Source of the DNA: Eledone cirrhosa
Lineage: Eukaryota
NCBI GenBank assembly: GCA_964016885.1
Contig: OZ024741.1
Span: forward strand, 122,450,001-122,514,000
DNA length: 64,000 nt
Direction of reading: 5' to 3'
Below are positions 1 through 13,000 of this stretch, in pieces. A program made the position numbers and the translations under genes. The notes beneath the pieces are model-generated. The model had not been told where the DNA came from, did no database searches, and saw only the letters and a list, made by a program, of their open reading frames with translations. Each line of letters begins with the position of its first letter. Position 1 is the first letter of the stretch.

Positions 1-1948
1 AATAAGGATAGGGACATGTTAAGCTGTCCACATATGTTCATGGTTGCTTATTCAGATCACAAGCTAGTGACCTGCATGGCCAACCTTGATAGAACCCATA
101 GACAAGGACCCAGCTACTGGAAGCTGAACTTGTCGTTAACGGCAAGCAAAGCCTACAGTAGATGGGTCCTTGTCTATCGGTTCTACCGTTCCATATTACG
201 CGATCCATTTGACAGGGATGCCCTCTCTCCTCCCTTCTGTACGTACTAACTCTCGAGCCATTACTGCGGAAGTTGGAGCTATTGCAGGGCATCCCTCTGG
301 AACCGGGACTGCGGAAAGCGGCGTCGGCCTACGCCGACGACGTGTCAGTAATGGTGTCGAGCGCCTCGCAAATCGAGGAAGTCGGCACCTTACTGAAGGA
401 ATACGAAAGTTTCACAGGAGCGAAGCTGAACCGGGACAAGTCCATCGGTTTGCAACAAGGATCCTGGAGAGGCAAACCGATGCCTTCCGATGGCGTCGTC
501 GGACGATGGACGGAAGGACCGGTTAAGCTGCTCGAGGTCTGGTTTGGTCCGGACCTCCAGGTGGAGAAAAACTGGAACGAAGTGACGGCCAAGGTGTTTG
601 CACTCACCCAGAAGTGGGCCGAGTGCAAACTATCCTTGAAAGGTCGAGCGGAGGTGGCGAACACTTTTATAGCGTCCGCCATCTACTACCGCTTGACCGT
701 CGTGCCTTGTCCAGCCAAAACGCTCGCCAAAATGGAGCGCGCGCTCTTCCAATTTCTTTGGAAGAGGCGGGCTCCTTTGGTGAGAAGATCCATCTGCTGC
801 CAACACCCTTCTAACGGAGGGCTGGGGATGCCGTGGTTGACGATGCGCAAACACGCGCTTAGGCTGCGGCATCTCTACGTATTCCTCACCGGACAACCGG
901 TGTGGGCCCCGTTCGTGAGGCGAGCCTTCCCACGACTCGTCTCTGACCGAGCTGGAGTCCTGGGTCAAGCAAAGATCGAGGAAAATGGGCGACTGGCACA
1001 TCGAATGTGCTTAGGCGCTCACAGCCCTCTGGCAGGCGGACCCGGCGATCAGTGGAGACTCTACTTCGTCATTCTATAGAGGGTTGATCCGCAGCAAGTG
1101 CGACGACGAGCTCGGTGAAACTCTAGGCGTAGAGGAAGATGAACTGGCCAGTCTGTTCGGTACGACCTTCCGCCCGGGACCGATGGACAACTTCCAAAAG
1201 TCCCTGGCCTGGCAGTGCTACTGAGGAGCTCTACCAGTTCGAGACAAGCTCTACAGACATGTGCGCCTGGGCAGGGACCCTGCAAAAAAGATCTGTCCGA
1301 GGTGCGTGCGTAACGAAGAAACCGTCGCGCACGCATTCATACACTGCCCGGGCGTCACTGACCTGTGGGGCTATGTAGAACGACTATTGTCGCGGGTGGG
1401 ACCAATACGGTTGACCACCGAGTCCATTGTCATGATCAAACCGCCACCCTCCTTCAAAAACGAAGGAGAGGCGGTTTTCCTTTGTGTGATAGCTATGGCG
1501 AAAGAGGTTGTATGGTGGACAAGGTTGAAAGGGCTGAGGTCAGATACTTTTCTCTCCGGCCAACAACTGAATCTTTTTCTCAAATACCACTTTGGAAGAA
1601 GAATCAGGATGGAGAGAGAGGTGCTGTACCCCAGCAAGTTTTATGAAAGGTGGGTGAAAGTGGCGAGAATGGCCCGAGTGAATGGGCCTTCTCTCTATAT
1701 CAGCCTGTAGGTTGAGGAAAAGGAGGAGGAGAGGAAAGGAGTACAAACTCTTCGTACTCCTTGAGATGAGGGTTTCATATTTTTTCGGGGGTATGTGTTA
1801 CCCATATAAACTGTCTCCCTCTATTGGGGAAAATCGACTAATTTTTAAAATTGCATTTGTGATAACATTTTACACGTTTTTATAGTATGTAAACTTCCCC
1901 CTTTGTATTGTCCCCTTCTTTTGTGCCCCTGTGGCTAATAAAGAAACA
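1..1948 (+). mobile_element. Tx1-group (L1 clade) non-LTR retrotransposon, family A; cut by window edge, internally deleted
   Basis: APE C-terminus (SDHKLV, GPSYWKLN), RT motif YADDV in ORF 273-1079, CPRC...ETVAH...C zinc motif in ORF 1261-1710. AATAAA at 1937, then (TATC)n from 1949. Stops and frameshifts present. Confidence 0.93.

Positions 1949-2007
<59 letters not shown>
1949..2007 (+). repeat. (TATC)n microsatellite at Tx1 3' end
   Basis: Direct reading. Confidence 0.97.
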
Positions 2008-2009
<2 letters not shown>

Positions 2010-2035
2010 CTTTCTCTCTCTCCTTCTCACCATTT

Positions 2036-2068
<33 letters not shown>

Positions 2069-2105
2069 CAGATGTATATATATATACAGATATATATATA
2101 TACAG

Positions 2106-2538
2106 ATGACTTGGGATGAGGTGATAAAAGCCGACCTTACCCAACTACACCTCTCAAAGACAATGACACACGACCGTGGCTTCTGGCGTCACGCAGTAAT
2201 ACAGGGTACCTGACCTCCCATGGGTACATGCTGAAGCATATAAACAATATGCCCCCACTCCCCCCACCGCAAGGTGGTCGTGGAGGTGCCACGGCAAAAA
2301 AGCACCCAGCCCACACTGTAAAGTGGACGTGTAGGCGCCACGAAAAAGCACCCAGCACTCACTGTAAATGAGGTTGGTGTTAGGAAGGGCATCCAGCTGT
2401 AGAAATCAAGCCAGATCAGTTCCTGTATGAGCAAGGCATGGTCAGCCGACCAGACACTGCCCACAACAGGACAACCCGTCTAACCCATGCTAGCGTGGAA
2501 GAATGGACGTAAAACGGTGATGATGATGATGATGATGA
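2106..2538 (+). mobile_element. RTE-group LINE 3' fragment
   Basis: Translates WDEVIKADL..L.L...M..DRGFWR, typical of the RTE ORF C-terminus; 3' UTR ends in (TGA)n. Confidence 0.75.
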
Positions 2539-3243
2539 TACAGACACACATAATCATAAACACCCACACCCACGCACATTCATCATATATATATATATAT
2601 ATATATATATGTTTGTGTGTGTGTGTACATAAATACTTTTTTGTTTTTGCGTGTGTGTATGTGTCTCTATGTACTTGTTTACACACCACCTACTCATAAC
2701 TATAGTACTTACAGTGAACTATTACAGGATCGGCTCCTCTAAAGTAGGACCACCGACAACCTTTCGCTGGAATGTTTGTATCATTAACACACCAGGACAG
2801 TATGAACAACTTTCAAATAGAAGGATGAATCCCACATAATATTAATGTGTACCCATGCATCCTAAACCCCATAAACGAGTCTGCAGTTCAATTCATCACA
2901 TTTCTAGGAAACACTTCGGCAAGACTAAAGGAGACGCATGTATTTCATAAACAACCAGAGAGAGAGAGAAAGATAGATATGTTTCTTTTATTTGCCACCA
3001 GAGCATCAAAAGTGGGACAAGTACAATGGGGGGAGTTTACAGAAAAAGGCGTCCTCAATAAGGAGGAGGCAATAACAAAATATAAAAATAAAATAAAATA
3101 TGACAAAAAATAAAATTTATAACAAAATCCTCAATAGAGAGGAGGCGCCTTGGGGGGTCGCACACACCCCCGAAAAAAGTGTGCAACCCTTCTCCTCAGG
3201 AGCACAGAGAGGGGGTGCTCCCTCGTTCCTTCCTCTTTTCCAC

Positions 3244-6200
3244 CTACAGGCTTATGTAAAGAGAAGGCCCATTCACACGGGCCATTCTCGCCACTTTCAC
3301 CCACCTTTCATAAAAACGACTGGGGTGGAACACCTCTCTCTCCATCCTGATCCTTCTTCCGAAATGATATCGGAAGAAACGGACCAGTTGTTGGCCAGAG
3401 AGAAAGGTGCCTGACCTCAGTCCTTTCAGACGCGTCCACCATACAACTTCTTTCACCATGGCTATTACGCACAGAAACACCGCCTCTCCTTCATCTTTGA
3501 AGGGGGGAGGCGGCTTGATCATTACAATAGACTCGGTGGTCAACCGGATCGGTCCCACCCTTGACAGCAGTTGTTCGACATAGCCCCACAGATCGGCTAC
3601 GCCCGAGCAGTGTACCAATGCGTGTGCAACGGTTTCCTCGTCGCTCACGCATCTGGGACAGATCTTTTTGGCGGGGTCCCTACCCGGGCGCCCGTGTCTG
3701 TAGAGCTTTTCTCGAACGGGTAGAGCCCCTCGGTAGCACTGCCAGGCCAGGGACTTCTGGAAGTTGTCCATAGGTCCCGGGCTGAATGTCCTACCGAACA
3801 GGCTGGCCAGTTCGTCCTCCTCCATGTCTAGGGCTTCTCCGAGGGCGTCGTCGCACCTGCTGCGTACCAGCCCTCTATAGAATGTTGCGGTGGAGTCTCC
3901 ACTGATAACCGGATCCGCCTGCCAGAGGGCAGTGAGCGCCTGGGAACACTCAGTGTGCCAGGCGCCCAGTTTTCTCAGTCTTTGCTTGACCCAGGATTGC
4001 AGCTCGGTGAGTGAGACGAGTCTGGGAAAGGTTCGTCTCACAAACGAGGCCCACACCGGTTGGCCGGTGAGGAATACGTAGAGGTGCCGTAGCCTTAATG
4101 CGTGTTTACGCATCATTAGCCACGTCATCCCCAGCCCTCCTTTCGAAGAGTGTTGACAGCAGATGGATCTCCTCACCATAGGAGCCCGCCTCTTCCAAAG
4201 GAATTGGAAGAGCGCGTGCTCCATCTTGGCGAGGGTTTCCCTTGGGCAGGGCACTACGGTCAGGCGGTAGTAGATGACGGACGCTATATAGGTGTTCGCC
4301 ACCTCCGCCCGACCTTTCAGGGATAGTTTGCAACTGGCCCACTTATGGGTCAGTGCAAACAGCCTGTTCGTAACCTCCGCCCAGTTCTTCTCCACCTGGA
4401 GGTCCGGTCCGAACCAGACCCCGAGCAACTTCACCGGGCCCTCCGCCCAGCGTCCGACAACGCCATCGGAGGGCATCGGTCTGCCCCTCCACGTGCCGAG
4501 TTGCAAACCGATCGACTTGTCCCGGTTCAGCTTAGCCCCTTTCGTACTCCTCCAGTAAGGTGCCGACCGCCCCGATTTCGGAGGCCGTCGACACCATTAC
4601 TGTCACGTCATCGGCGTAGGCCGACACCGCTTTCCGCAATCCCGGTTCCAAAGGGATGCCCTGCAACAACTCCAACTTCCGCAGTAGTGGCTCGAGAGTC
4701 AACACATACAGAAGGGAGGAGAGAGGGCACCCTTGTCGGATGGACCGCGCGATTTTGAACGGCTCCGAGAGGTAGCCGTTCACCTTGACCCTAGAGCAGA
4801 TGCGGCTGCTGTGCATAGCAGTGATCCAGCCCCTGAAAACGGGTCCGAAGCCTGCCGCCGCTAGCACCGCATCCAGGTAACCATGGTCGACCCTATCGAA
4901 CGCCTTAGATTGATCCAAGTTGATCAGAGCCCCACGAAAGCCGGTTTCGTTCCCAACCCTCTCTATGATGTATCGCATGAGGTGGAGGTTGTCATGGATG
5001 GACCTGGACGGGATAGCACATGTCTGCGCATCTCCCACCAGGTTGCCCACGACAAGCGCCAACCTCTTTGCTAGCACCTTGGCCAAAATCTGTAACTGTA
5101 TTTAGCAGAGTTATGGGCCCGAAGTTACTTATTTCGTCCCCCTTGCTCTCGTCCTTCCTCACTAGCGTGACTACGCCCTTGGTCACAGTACAGGGAATTC
5201 TCCCGTTCTGTTGCCAGTTGCAGTAGACCGCCTCGAGGAGATCGGGGAACAAGTCCGGCATAGCTAGATATAATTCGTATGGAAGACCATCGAGACCCGG
5301 AGATTTGCGTTTGCCGCATTGGCTCAGCACGTCCTCTATCTCAGCGGCCGAAATCGGCTCCTCGCAGGACTTCGCCTCCCTGTCCGAGAGACGCGGCAGG
5401 CCGTCGAGGTATGGACTGAAATCCACATCCCCAACCGGCTCCCCGCCCTTTCCGAACAGTCGGGCAAAGTGCTTTTGAAAGGCCTCACACATCTGCTTAG
5501 GCTCAAGAATCGCCCGTCCATCCTGCTCTCGCAAAGACCGGATGGTGGATTTAGTTCCACTGTTGGCCTCTGTCATGCGGGCCCAGCTAACAGCTTTGGT
5601 CCCCTCGTTCCCTAGAGCACGTATTTTACTTCGGACAACGCAGCCTTCGTGCTTCGCGTCGAAAAACTGGCTCAAAGCCGTTCTCGACGCTAGCACTCTG
5701 GCCACGTCGCCGCTTCTAATTGCCTCTTCTACTCTATCTATTAGCTCCCTTTCCTTCCTATTCCTATCCGCAGCTAGAACCTTACTAAATTGTATCGAGA
5801 CTACTCTAATCTCTCTCTTTAGAGATACCCACGACCTGCTGTTGACGATCGCTCCAGTCAACCGTTCCTTAACTAACGTACTAATCCGATCCTTGTAAGC
5901 TCTACTTGTCGGCAAGGACAAGTTGAGCTTCCAGTAACCGGGGCCCTATCTATCAGTTCTATCAAGGTTGACCATGCAGGTCACCAACTTGTGGTCTGAA
6001 TAGCCAACCATGAGCATTTCTGGACAACTTAAACAGTCCCTGTCCTTATTTCTAACTAAAAACCTATCTAGGTACGACCTAGATGATCCGCTGCGATTTG
6101 ACCAAGACCAGGTTGTCACCGTCGGAAAATCTAGTCGAAATCTATCGGCCAGGTCAAATCGGCCGAGTAACTCTCTTGAGGCTGTTGCACCCCTCTCTAT

Positions 6201-6672
6201 CGGGACATGCCCCTGCATAGTCCCAACGTGCATCCAGGATACCATTCCAGTCCCCCACTAAAAGTAGGGAACGGGACGTCCCTAGAAAAAACTCCAGACG
6301 CTGGAAAAAGTCGAGCCGCTCTGTCCCAAAAGGGGCATATGCGGCTACCAGCCTAAAGGCTCTACCTTCACCACTGCCAAGGTCCAGCACCACCAGTCGA
6401 CCCCCTGGGTCCAAGTGAACTATCTGTGTTGCAAGGCCCAGATGTTTTTGCAGCAGAACGACAACCCCACCCCCACCTCCGGGCTGACAGAGAGATGCGT
6501 GCATCTCAAAGTTGTCAAAGGTGGGGGCTAGCTGCCGCATGCTGCTGATCCGGCCCTCGCAGATAACCATCACATTTATAGATCGTGACCTGAGGTCATT
6601 TAGAAGCATTGCTTGCTTCCAAGATGAGCTGAGGCCACGCGCATTTAGACACCCTACTCTTAGCACAGCCAT
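3244..6672 (-). pseudogene. Tx1 ORF2 (APE endonuclease, reverse transcriptase, zinc finger), frameshifted
   Basis: ORFs 6154-6696, 5946-6245, 4992-5921, 4532-5086, 3244-4506: NARGL, GDWN, KSPGLDG, DQSKAFDRV, QGCPLS, YADDV. Confidence 0.93.
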
Positions 6673-6696
6673 GTTGGTGGTAAGGAGAAAAGGCAC

Positions 6697-7736
6697 TTAC
6701 CTCTCTGCGTCCCGGGAAACGGGCCGCTCAATTTCCATGCTGGTTGGGGATGGGTTGTTGGGTGGGGTGGTGGTTTGTGGAAGTGAAGGGGCATCAGTGT
6801 GTTGTGGGGTTGGGGTGTTTGTAGTTGAGTGGGTGTCTGGGTGGGGTGGGGTGAGTGAAATTTTTTAGGAGGACGCGGTTGATTGGTTTGGCGCAGGGGG
6901 GCCCACGTCCTCCGTGAAATTTATTTTCAGTGTTTTGTAAAAGTTCATTGGGACTTTAATCATTTTTAAATGAGGTAGTCCCACATCAGTTATAAAGTTA
7001 GGCCCTTCAGTTTGGACCGAAGGGTTTGCTGAAATTGTTTTCAGTAGTTCTTTGTTGTCTGTGTTCATGTATGTATATTGTAAAGTCTTTTTTTGTGTAG
7101 CAGTTAGTGTTGTGTGACAGGGAAGGGTGGTTTGTGTGTAGTTTGTGTTCTCTTGGGGGGGGGGGGGGGTTAAAGTTAACATGTGTGTCTGTGGTGCGTC
7201 TCCTCTTCTTTCTTTTTACTTGTTGGAAGGGATCTTTTTCGTCTTCCTTGTTGGGTGGGAGGGGTATGTTTTCTGGTAGTGTTTGCAGTGTGTGTGTTTT
7301 TGTATTTGTTTTGGGTGGGGAGGGATTGGGTGGGACAGTATTCTGTGTTGTTTTTTCACGTGTTTGTTGTTGTTGTTGTTGTGGTGGTGGTGTTGTTGGT
7401 TTTTGTCGTTGTTGTTGTTGTGGTTGTTTTTGTTGTTGGGGTGGTGTTGGTAGCAGTGTTTTTTTCTGTGTGAGCTGAGGACAGGCCGCCCTCAGGTGAC
7501 CTCTATTGCCACAGAGGTAACAGGAGGGACGCCTACCCTCCACAATAATGTTGAGGTGGGTACGGTCATCCAGCATGACGCGCTCAGGGATTTGGGCGAT
7601 ACGTTCTGGCCTTATTTGGGTCAGAACTTGGATACTCGTTCCACTGAACGCGTCGCCGGATGCCTTCCCTATTGAAATGAGGTTGTCCTCGTCTAAATTG
7701 AGGAAACCGGTTAGTAACCACCAGTAGTTTATGTTT
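6697..7736 (-). pseudogene. Tx1 ORF1 (gag-like) C-terminal part
   Basis: CCHC knuckle followed by Pro/Gln/Thr-rich region; the frame of ORF 6865-7182 continues past a premature TAA to ...RDAER* at 6697. Confidence 0.8.
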
Positions 7737-7767
<31 letters not shown>

Positions 7768-7984
7768 GAGAGAAAGAGAGAGTGTGTGTGGGGGGGGGGG
7801 GGGGGGGGCACATCCACACAGACAACTGCACGCACTGATTCACATGTATTCACCCCTACGCATAGATATATATTTGGACGCCTGTATATATTTAAGCACT
7901 TCGGAGTACATGAGTACTGGCGTGACAGTATGTGTACATTGTTGTTTAAAACACAGACAAACACACACACATTTGTATATAATA

Positions 7985-8255
7985 TAATTGTATAATTTGG
8001 GAGGGTCATGTTGCCAATAAGAAACACACGCACCACATGCTTTCACTTCAATTTATTATAAATTAAATTTATAAATTTAGGAATTTATAAATTTCCGGTT
8101 GGTTGGTTGGTTCCACAACCAGACGATTGTTCATATATTGTCCATACAACTGGTACGTGTGTTTCTTATAGGCAACATGACCCTCCCAAAGTATAACAAT
8201 ATCGGTTTCAACACACGTTTTCAGATAAAGAATATTGCTAAACAAATTCAGAAAC
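7985..8255. repeat. Hairpin-type dispersed repeat (MITE or non-autonomous rolling-circle element)
   Basis: GGGAGGGTCATGTTGCC near 7998 is inverted at about 8171-8187; a related copy lies at about 59520-59735. Confidence 0.55.
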
Positions 8256-8265
8256 TAAATAATTG

Positions 8266-8311
<46 letters not shown>

Positions 8312-8415
8312 GTATATATATATGTATGTATGTGTATATATGTATGTATATATATCCATATATAGTTGACGGACGAGAGAAAAGTGTACTCAATATCAAA
8401 GTAGATTTAACATAT

Positions 8416-8541
8416 TCATTTATTATGGCTAAGTAGCGAGGAGTGTGACTCCGGACGTTCACCTACTCGCCCACAGAGTCATCTTGTCTTGTGATCCTAT
8501 ACGTGCGCTGGTGAAATTCACTACTTAGCCATAATAAATGA
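8416..8541. repeat. Small element with perfect 21-bp inverted repeats
   Basis: TCATTTATTATGGCTAAGTAG (8416-8436) is the reverse complement of 8521-8541. Confidence 0.7.
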
Positions 8542-8578
8542 GTATATGCATACACACACACGTGCGCGCGCGCGCACG

Positions 8579-8652
<74 letters not shown>

Positions 8653-8814
8653 CATATAGTGAAAGAGTGAAGAATAACATGGTCAACAGTACAACAAAGG
8701 TTTTATTTACGGTATTAATAATTGTTTCATTGATTAAGTTGTCTAAAAATTGCTAACCACTTATGTTGTGCCACTCAATTTTAAATACAATGTATGCTTC
8801 GTAGAATCGAGCGG

Positions 8815-8901
8815 TATCCGAGGACTGCACGATTTCAGAGTCAGGTTTGATCACCATATCGCTCGTGCCTAGAGCTGGTCGCCCGAGAAACAATTGTAAT
8901 A
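8815..8901 (+). ncRNA. Degenerate type I hammerhead ribozyme motif (Penelope-type)
   Basis: TAT-CCGAGGA...GAAA-CAATTG-TA-ATA, followed by AATAAA at 8907. Confidence 0.5.
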
Positions 8902-8967
8902 TGTCCAATAAATTCCTTTCGTCGCAACACTGATTCTCTTTTTTCTGTGATATATATATATATATAT

Positions 8968-10050
8968 ACGGGATAACAGATTATTAAGTGTAGTCCAGTT
9001 AGGGTACTCCGAGTAGTGGATCGTATCAACGCTTGGCTATGTTTGACTCAACAAGGCGTTTCCATAGTGGTGCTGCGAGTACGTGGTGATTTCTATGTTG
9101 TTTACACTTGGAGTAAGAAAGAAGGGTAAGCAGATTCTAGCCTTCTTAATTCTATACCACAGTAATGTCTGCAAATATCTTATCAACCCATAAATATATC
9201 CCTTCTCAGCTGCAGTCAACGCAACTTCCTCACCCTTGATTCTCAACAGATGAACCCAAATCCAAGTACATTTTCAGAATACTACCACAGTAAAACATCA
9301 CCTTCCTCCTGTTGTTATAATTGTAGTCAGCATGTTTTCTCTCTCTCTATATATATATATATTGCCTCCTTAATCTCTGTATTAACTTACCTATTATATT
9401 GCTACTCTGTTAACGTTATCTTATACATGTATGTTATTGATGATGTGAAAGCTAAACAACCCATGATTCGAACTAACGATCCCTTCATCTAATATAGACC
9501 ACATAAATATTGAATCCACTTCACACCACAAACATTCCTATCCTCACTACAATGATAAATATTTTATCTGTCAGATAATAAATAATTCTTACGGTCACCA
9601 AACCTACGGTAAAGGAAATGCTACATAGTTTAAAGTCCCGGCTTATCTCTACACTATATATAATACACCCAATGACAGCTTTTACATGTCAATTTCATAC
9701 ATCTGCCTCATATCAACTCGTTTTACATGCTAAAGTCTTAAGTATACTCTATGTCTTACTTAGATTGATGTGATTATTTCAAATAATTTATTGTTAGCAC
9801 TGTTAGTATTGTTGTTATTGTTCTGATTGAATGCCACTACTATATATAGAAGCCATACGTGTGTATTCCCTTCATTCTCGCTAGCTCTGATGAATTGACT
9901 GGTTACAACTATGTATTGGTGGTCGATTGACGCGAAAAGAGGCGGGTAGGGATCTCTAGACCTACCAATTCAGAGAAACAATTGTCAGCAAAGTGATTAA
10001 AAACTTTTTTTTATATAGCAAACCGTGTCACTCTTCTTTCTTGATTTATA
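8968..10050 (+). mobile_element. Penelope-like remnant with inverted and direct terminal-repeat pieces
   Basis: 8968-9125 is an inverted copy of about 17105-17280; 9880-10050 is a direct copy of about 16945-17110; contains a hammerhead motif. Confidence 0.55.
9884..9989 (+). ncRNA. Type I hammerhead ribozyme with extended stem II
   Basis: GCT-CTGATGA(9887-9893)...GAAA(9975)-CAATTG-TC-AGC: 3-bp stem I, palindromic stem III, GUC cleavage triplet. Confidence 0.72.
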
Positions 10051-10056
10051 TATATA

Positions 10057-13000
10057 CTAGCATTAAAGCCCGGCGTTGCTCGGGGTCAGTAAGTTACCAA
10101 AGTTAGGTTGAACCACCCATTTTATGACAGCACTTTTTTGTCTGCCAGGCACTGGTTGAATGAATTGAAAACCTGCACTGCCGAAACAGGAGCTGCGCCA
10201 GCAGTGACAATTGTAGTTTCGCCTATGATATTATCTCTGTGCAAAGAAGTGTTCAAATTTATTGTTTCACAGTACTTGGGCAACACGCGCGTAGACGATG
10301 CCAGCCAAACCACAAAACTGCGATGGAGTTGTTCTGCATGACATATTTTAACGGGGGAGGGGGTGGATTGAGGGAACCGCAAACTGGGGCCTGAAAACAT
10401 TATCGAATTATGACAACCAAAAAAGAGAAAGCGGGATCATTGTATGGTTGATGCATCATGTACGTCCGTCGGACGTAGAAGATGAGCCTGCTGCTGTGCC
10501 GACGGAGGGAGGGAAATAGAGCTGAGTGGAGGCCAGGTGTTGGTGAAGTGTGAAGTAATTGCAGGGAACCGCCTAAAAATGTAAATCCCGTCATTAAAGC
10601 ATTGTTGCGCCTTTGAGTGTCGTACGGACGTGAAATACTAACCTGTCCACAGTCCTCCGAGGCCCACCAAACGGGGGTTGGTGAGGAGCAATAGCTGATA
10701 TTTGAGCAGGGTCGGAGTTGCAATGAAGCTTTGTAACGCCGCGAGAATCAGCCTTTGTACGGCAGATGATGGGGAATGTCCAGTGCACTGCAGTGAAGGT
10801 TAACCTACTTAGAAAGTACTCACGAAAAGGCAAAAAATAAAAAAATAAAAAAAAGTTATACAATTAGGAATCAAGGTAATCCTATAAAACCTCCTTGTAC
10901 ACAATGTTTTTTGATTTTCCTTGCGGAACGAACGCGAAATCATCACTCTTGCTGACGACACGCGAGCAGCCAACATAAAGCTGATCATGAGAGAAACACG
11001 GCTCCCCCAAATGTATTCCCGCGACAGACAGTGTTTGTCCCTGCGTTTTGTTAATTGACATTGCGAAGCATGGCCTGACCGGGAACTGGGACCTCCGAAA
11101 TGTGAAAGGCTGGTCTGTTCCTGATGGGAAAAGATGCATCCTCGGTATGAGCACAACCTTGCCCCGACCACACCCTGTGATTATCGTGGCCTCAATCAGA
11201 TTGGGAGCTAAGGACTTAACGACCAAACGTGTGCCATTGCATTGTTTCGGCGGAACCAAATTTTGAATGAGCAATATAGGGGCACCAGCTTTAAGTTTCA
11301 AAATGTGTGGGGGTAATCCGGGGGGCTCAAAGGAATTTAGTACCTCTATTGGATAGTTGATGACGTCCTCGGGGTCAGGAGTTCTATCGATAGACTTATA
11401 TACGTATCCATCCCCAGGAATGAGTTTTAGCATTTGATCATTAATATGGTTAACAGTTTTATTCCTGGGGGCCAGAATAGCTCTTTGGGCAAGCCAATCC
11501 ATATTCTGATAATTTGCTTGGAGATATGGGAACACTGCATTCCAGATCAGAAGGCGTACTAACAACGGTACAAAGTGAGTCGATGGCAATATTACCCTTT
11601 TCATTCCCGGGCGTTTTGCCTTCGCCAAGTCAAGGAGGGTGTGAGAAAATGCTGCTGATGTGATATCATCTCGCATATGAGCACGCATGTTAGTGTGAAG
11701 TTTCAGAGTCTTCACTAGGGACCACAATGCAGATGACTTAAGACACGCACGTACTGCATCAGCTCTAGTCCCCTTGGGAATAACGGGAAGCGTTTGCCTG
11801 AAGTCCCCTGAAAGAAGTGTTATGCCTCCCATTGGAGCCGTAGACTCTTTGATGTCTCTCAGAGTTCTATCGAGCGCCTCAAGAACACCTCTGTGGGCCA
11901 TCGTGCATTCGTCCCAAACGATAAGCTTGCATCGTCTGAACACTTCTGCCTGATCGGAGCTCTTACTGATGTTGCAAGCGGGTGCTGCCGCCCGGCAACA
12001 AAGTAGCCGCAATTCCAGATGATGCCACAGCTAAGGCAATGCCTTCTGTTCGCCTAATCTCAGCTAATATTAATTTGGTGACAAAAGTTTTCCCAGTCCG
12101 CCCAGGAGCGTCCATGAAAAAAATCCCCCCAGCTTTACCCCGGACAGAATTAACAACGGAGTTATTAGCGAATTTCTGTTCTGGAAGAAGCTTTGGCTCA
12201 TTCTCCGCTATGTACTGGGCAAGCTCGTCAACATTATAAGATGTCTCACGCAGCAAATCCGAGTGTTTGCGCCTTCCCGGTTTGTTGAAGGTAAGCCATA
12301 CACAGCTAACGTACTACCGCCCATATCGAGAACAGTATCTTCGATTTCAAGCAGCGCCCTGTTGTAAATGAGGTCACTGTACCCGACCTCCATCAATGGG
12401 TTTAGCAACTGAGCGTGACGCAGGAAATCTTCAGACATGTAATCTTTGTAGCTAAGCCATAAAGAGGCCGGATCACCCAAGTCACACCATAGGAGTAGAA
12501 TAGTGAAAAGCGATCTTAGTGTTTTAGGATATTTCAACAAAACGCCCACTGCCATAGTGGCGCCCCATTGTGAATCATCCTCCAAAAGGCCACGCTTAAA
12601 GCAGGCTTCCCGGAAAGTATCACATAATTCACCGTCAACAGTTCATATGTCTCAAAAGCTTTGTGGACCAAAAACCTCATGGAGGAGAAGGCGCAGATGA
12701 AAACACTCATGCTTGTTGGGAGGTACAGTGTACACTCTTCCGAGACAACTGTCGAACTTGACACCAGGATGTCCTTCAACATCCTGACCTGACTTCTTAC
12801 GCACCCAAGTGTTGTTTGACCACACGCAGTAGGACGGGAGCTGAGGATATGAAAGTGTTTTTGCAAATGTGTCAAGTTGGCAAAGCGTGAAAAAAACAGT
12901 CAAAGTTGTTTCTTTTGGATTGGCCGCCAAATGAGCAGCAGTCTGTTCAGTAAAGTAAGCCCGCTGGCCGTTTTCCAAATGAACCGCTAGTTGTATGATG

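Larger units (their letters stand above)
2980..7736 (-). mobile_element. Tx1-group LINE, family A, 5'-truncated inside ORF1
   Basis: ORF1 zinc knuckle CYLCGNRGHLRAAC; ORF2 APE-RT-ZnF. Candidate 13-bp TSD AGAAAGATAGATA at 2967-2979 and 7737-7749. Confidence 0.95.

Noticed and set aside
1908-2699. ORFs such as YLSIYLSI, HTHTHT, IYIYIY (also at 8538, 16753, 20714, 33012, 36907, 48778, 54787)
   Set aside because: Translations of microsatellites, not genes
6512-7478. Plus-strand Cys/Gly/Val-rich ORFs
   Set aside because: Antisense shadow of the low-complexity Tx1 ORF1
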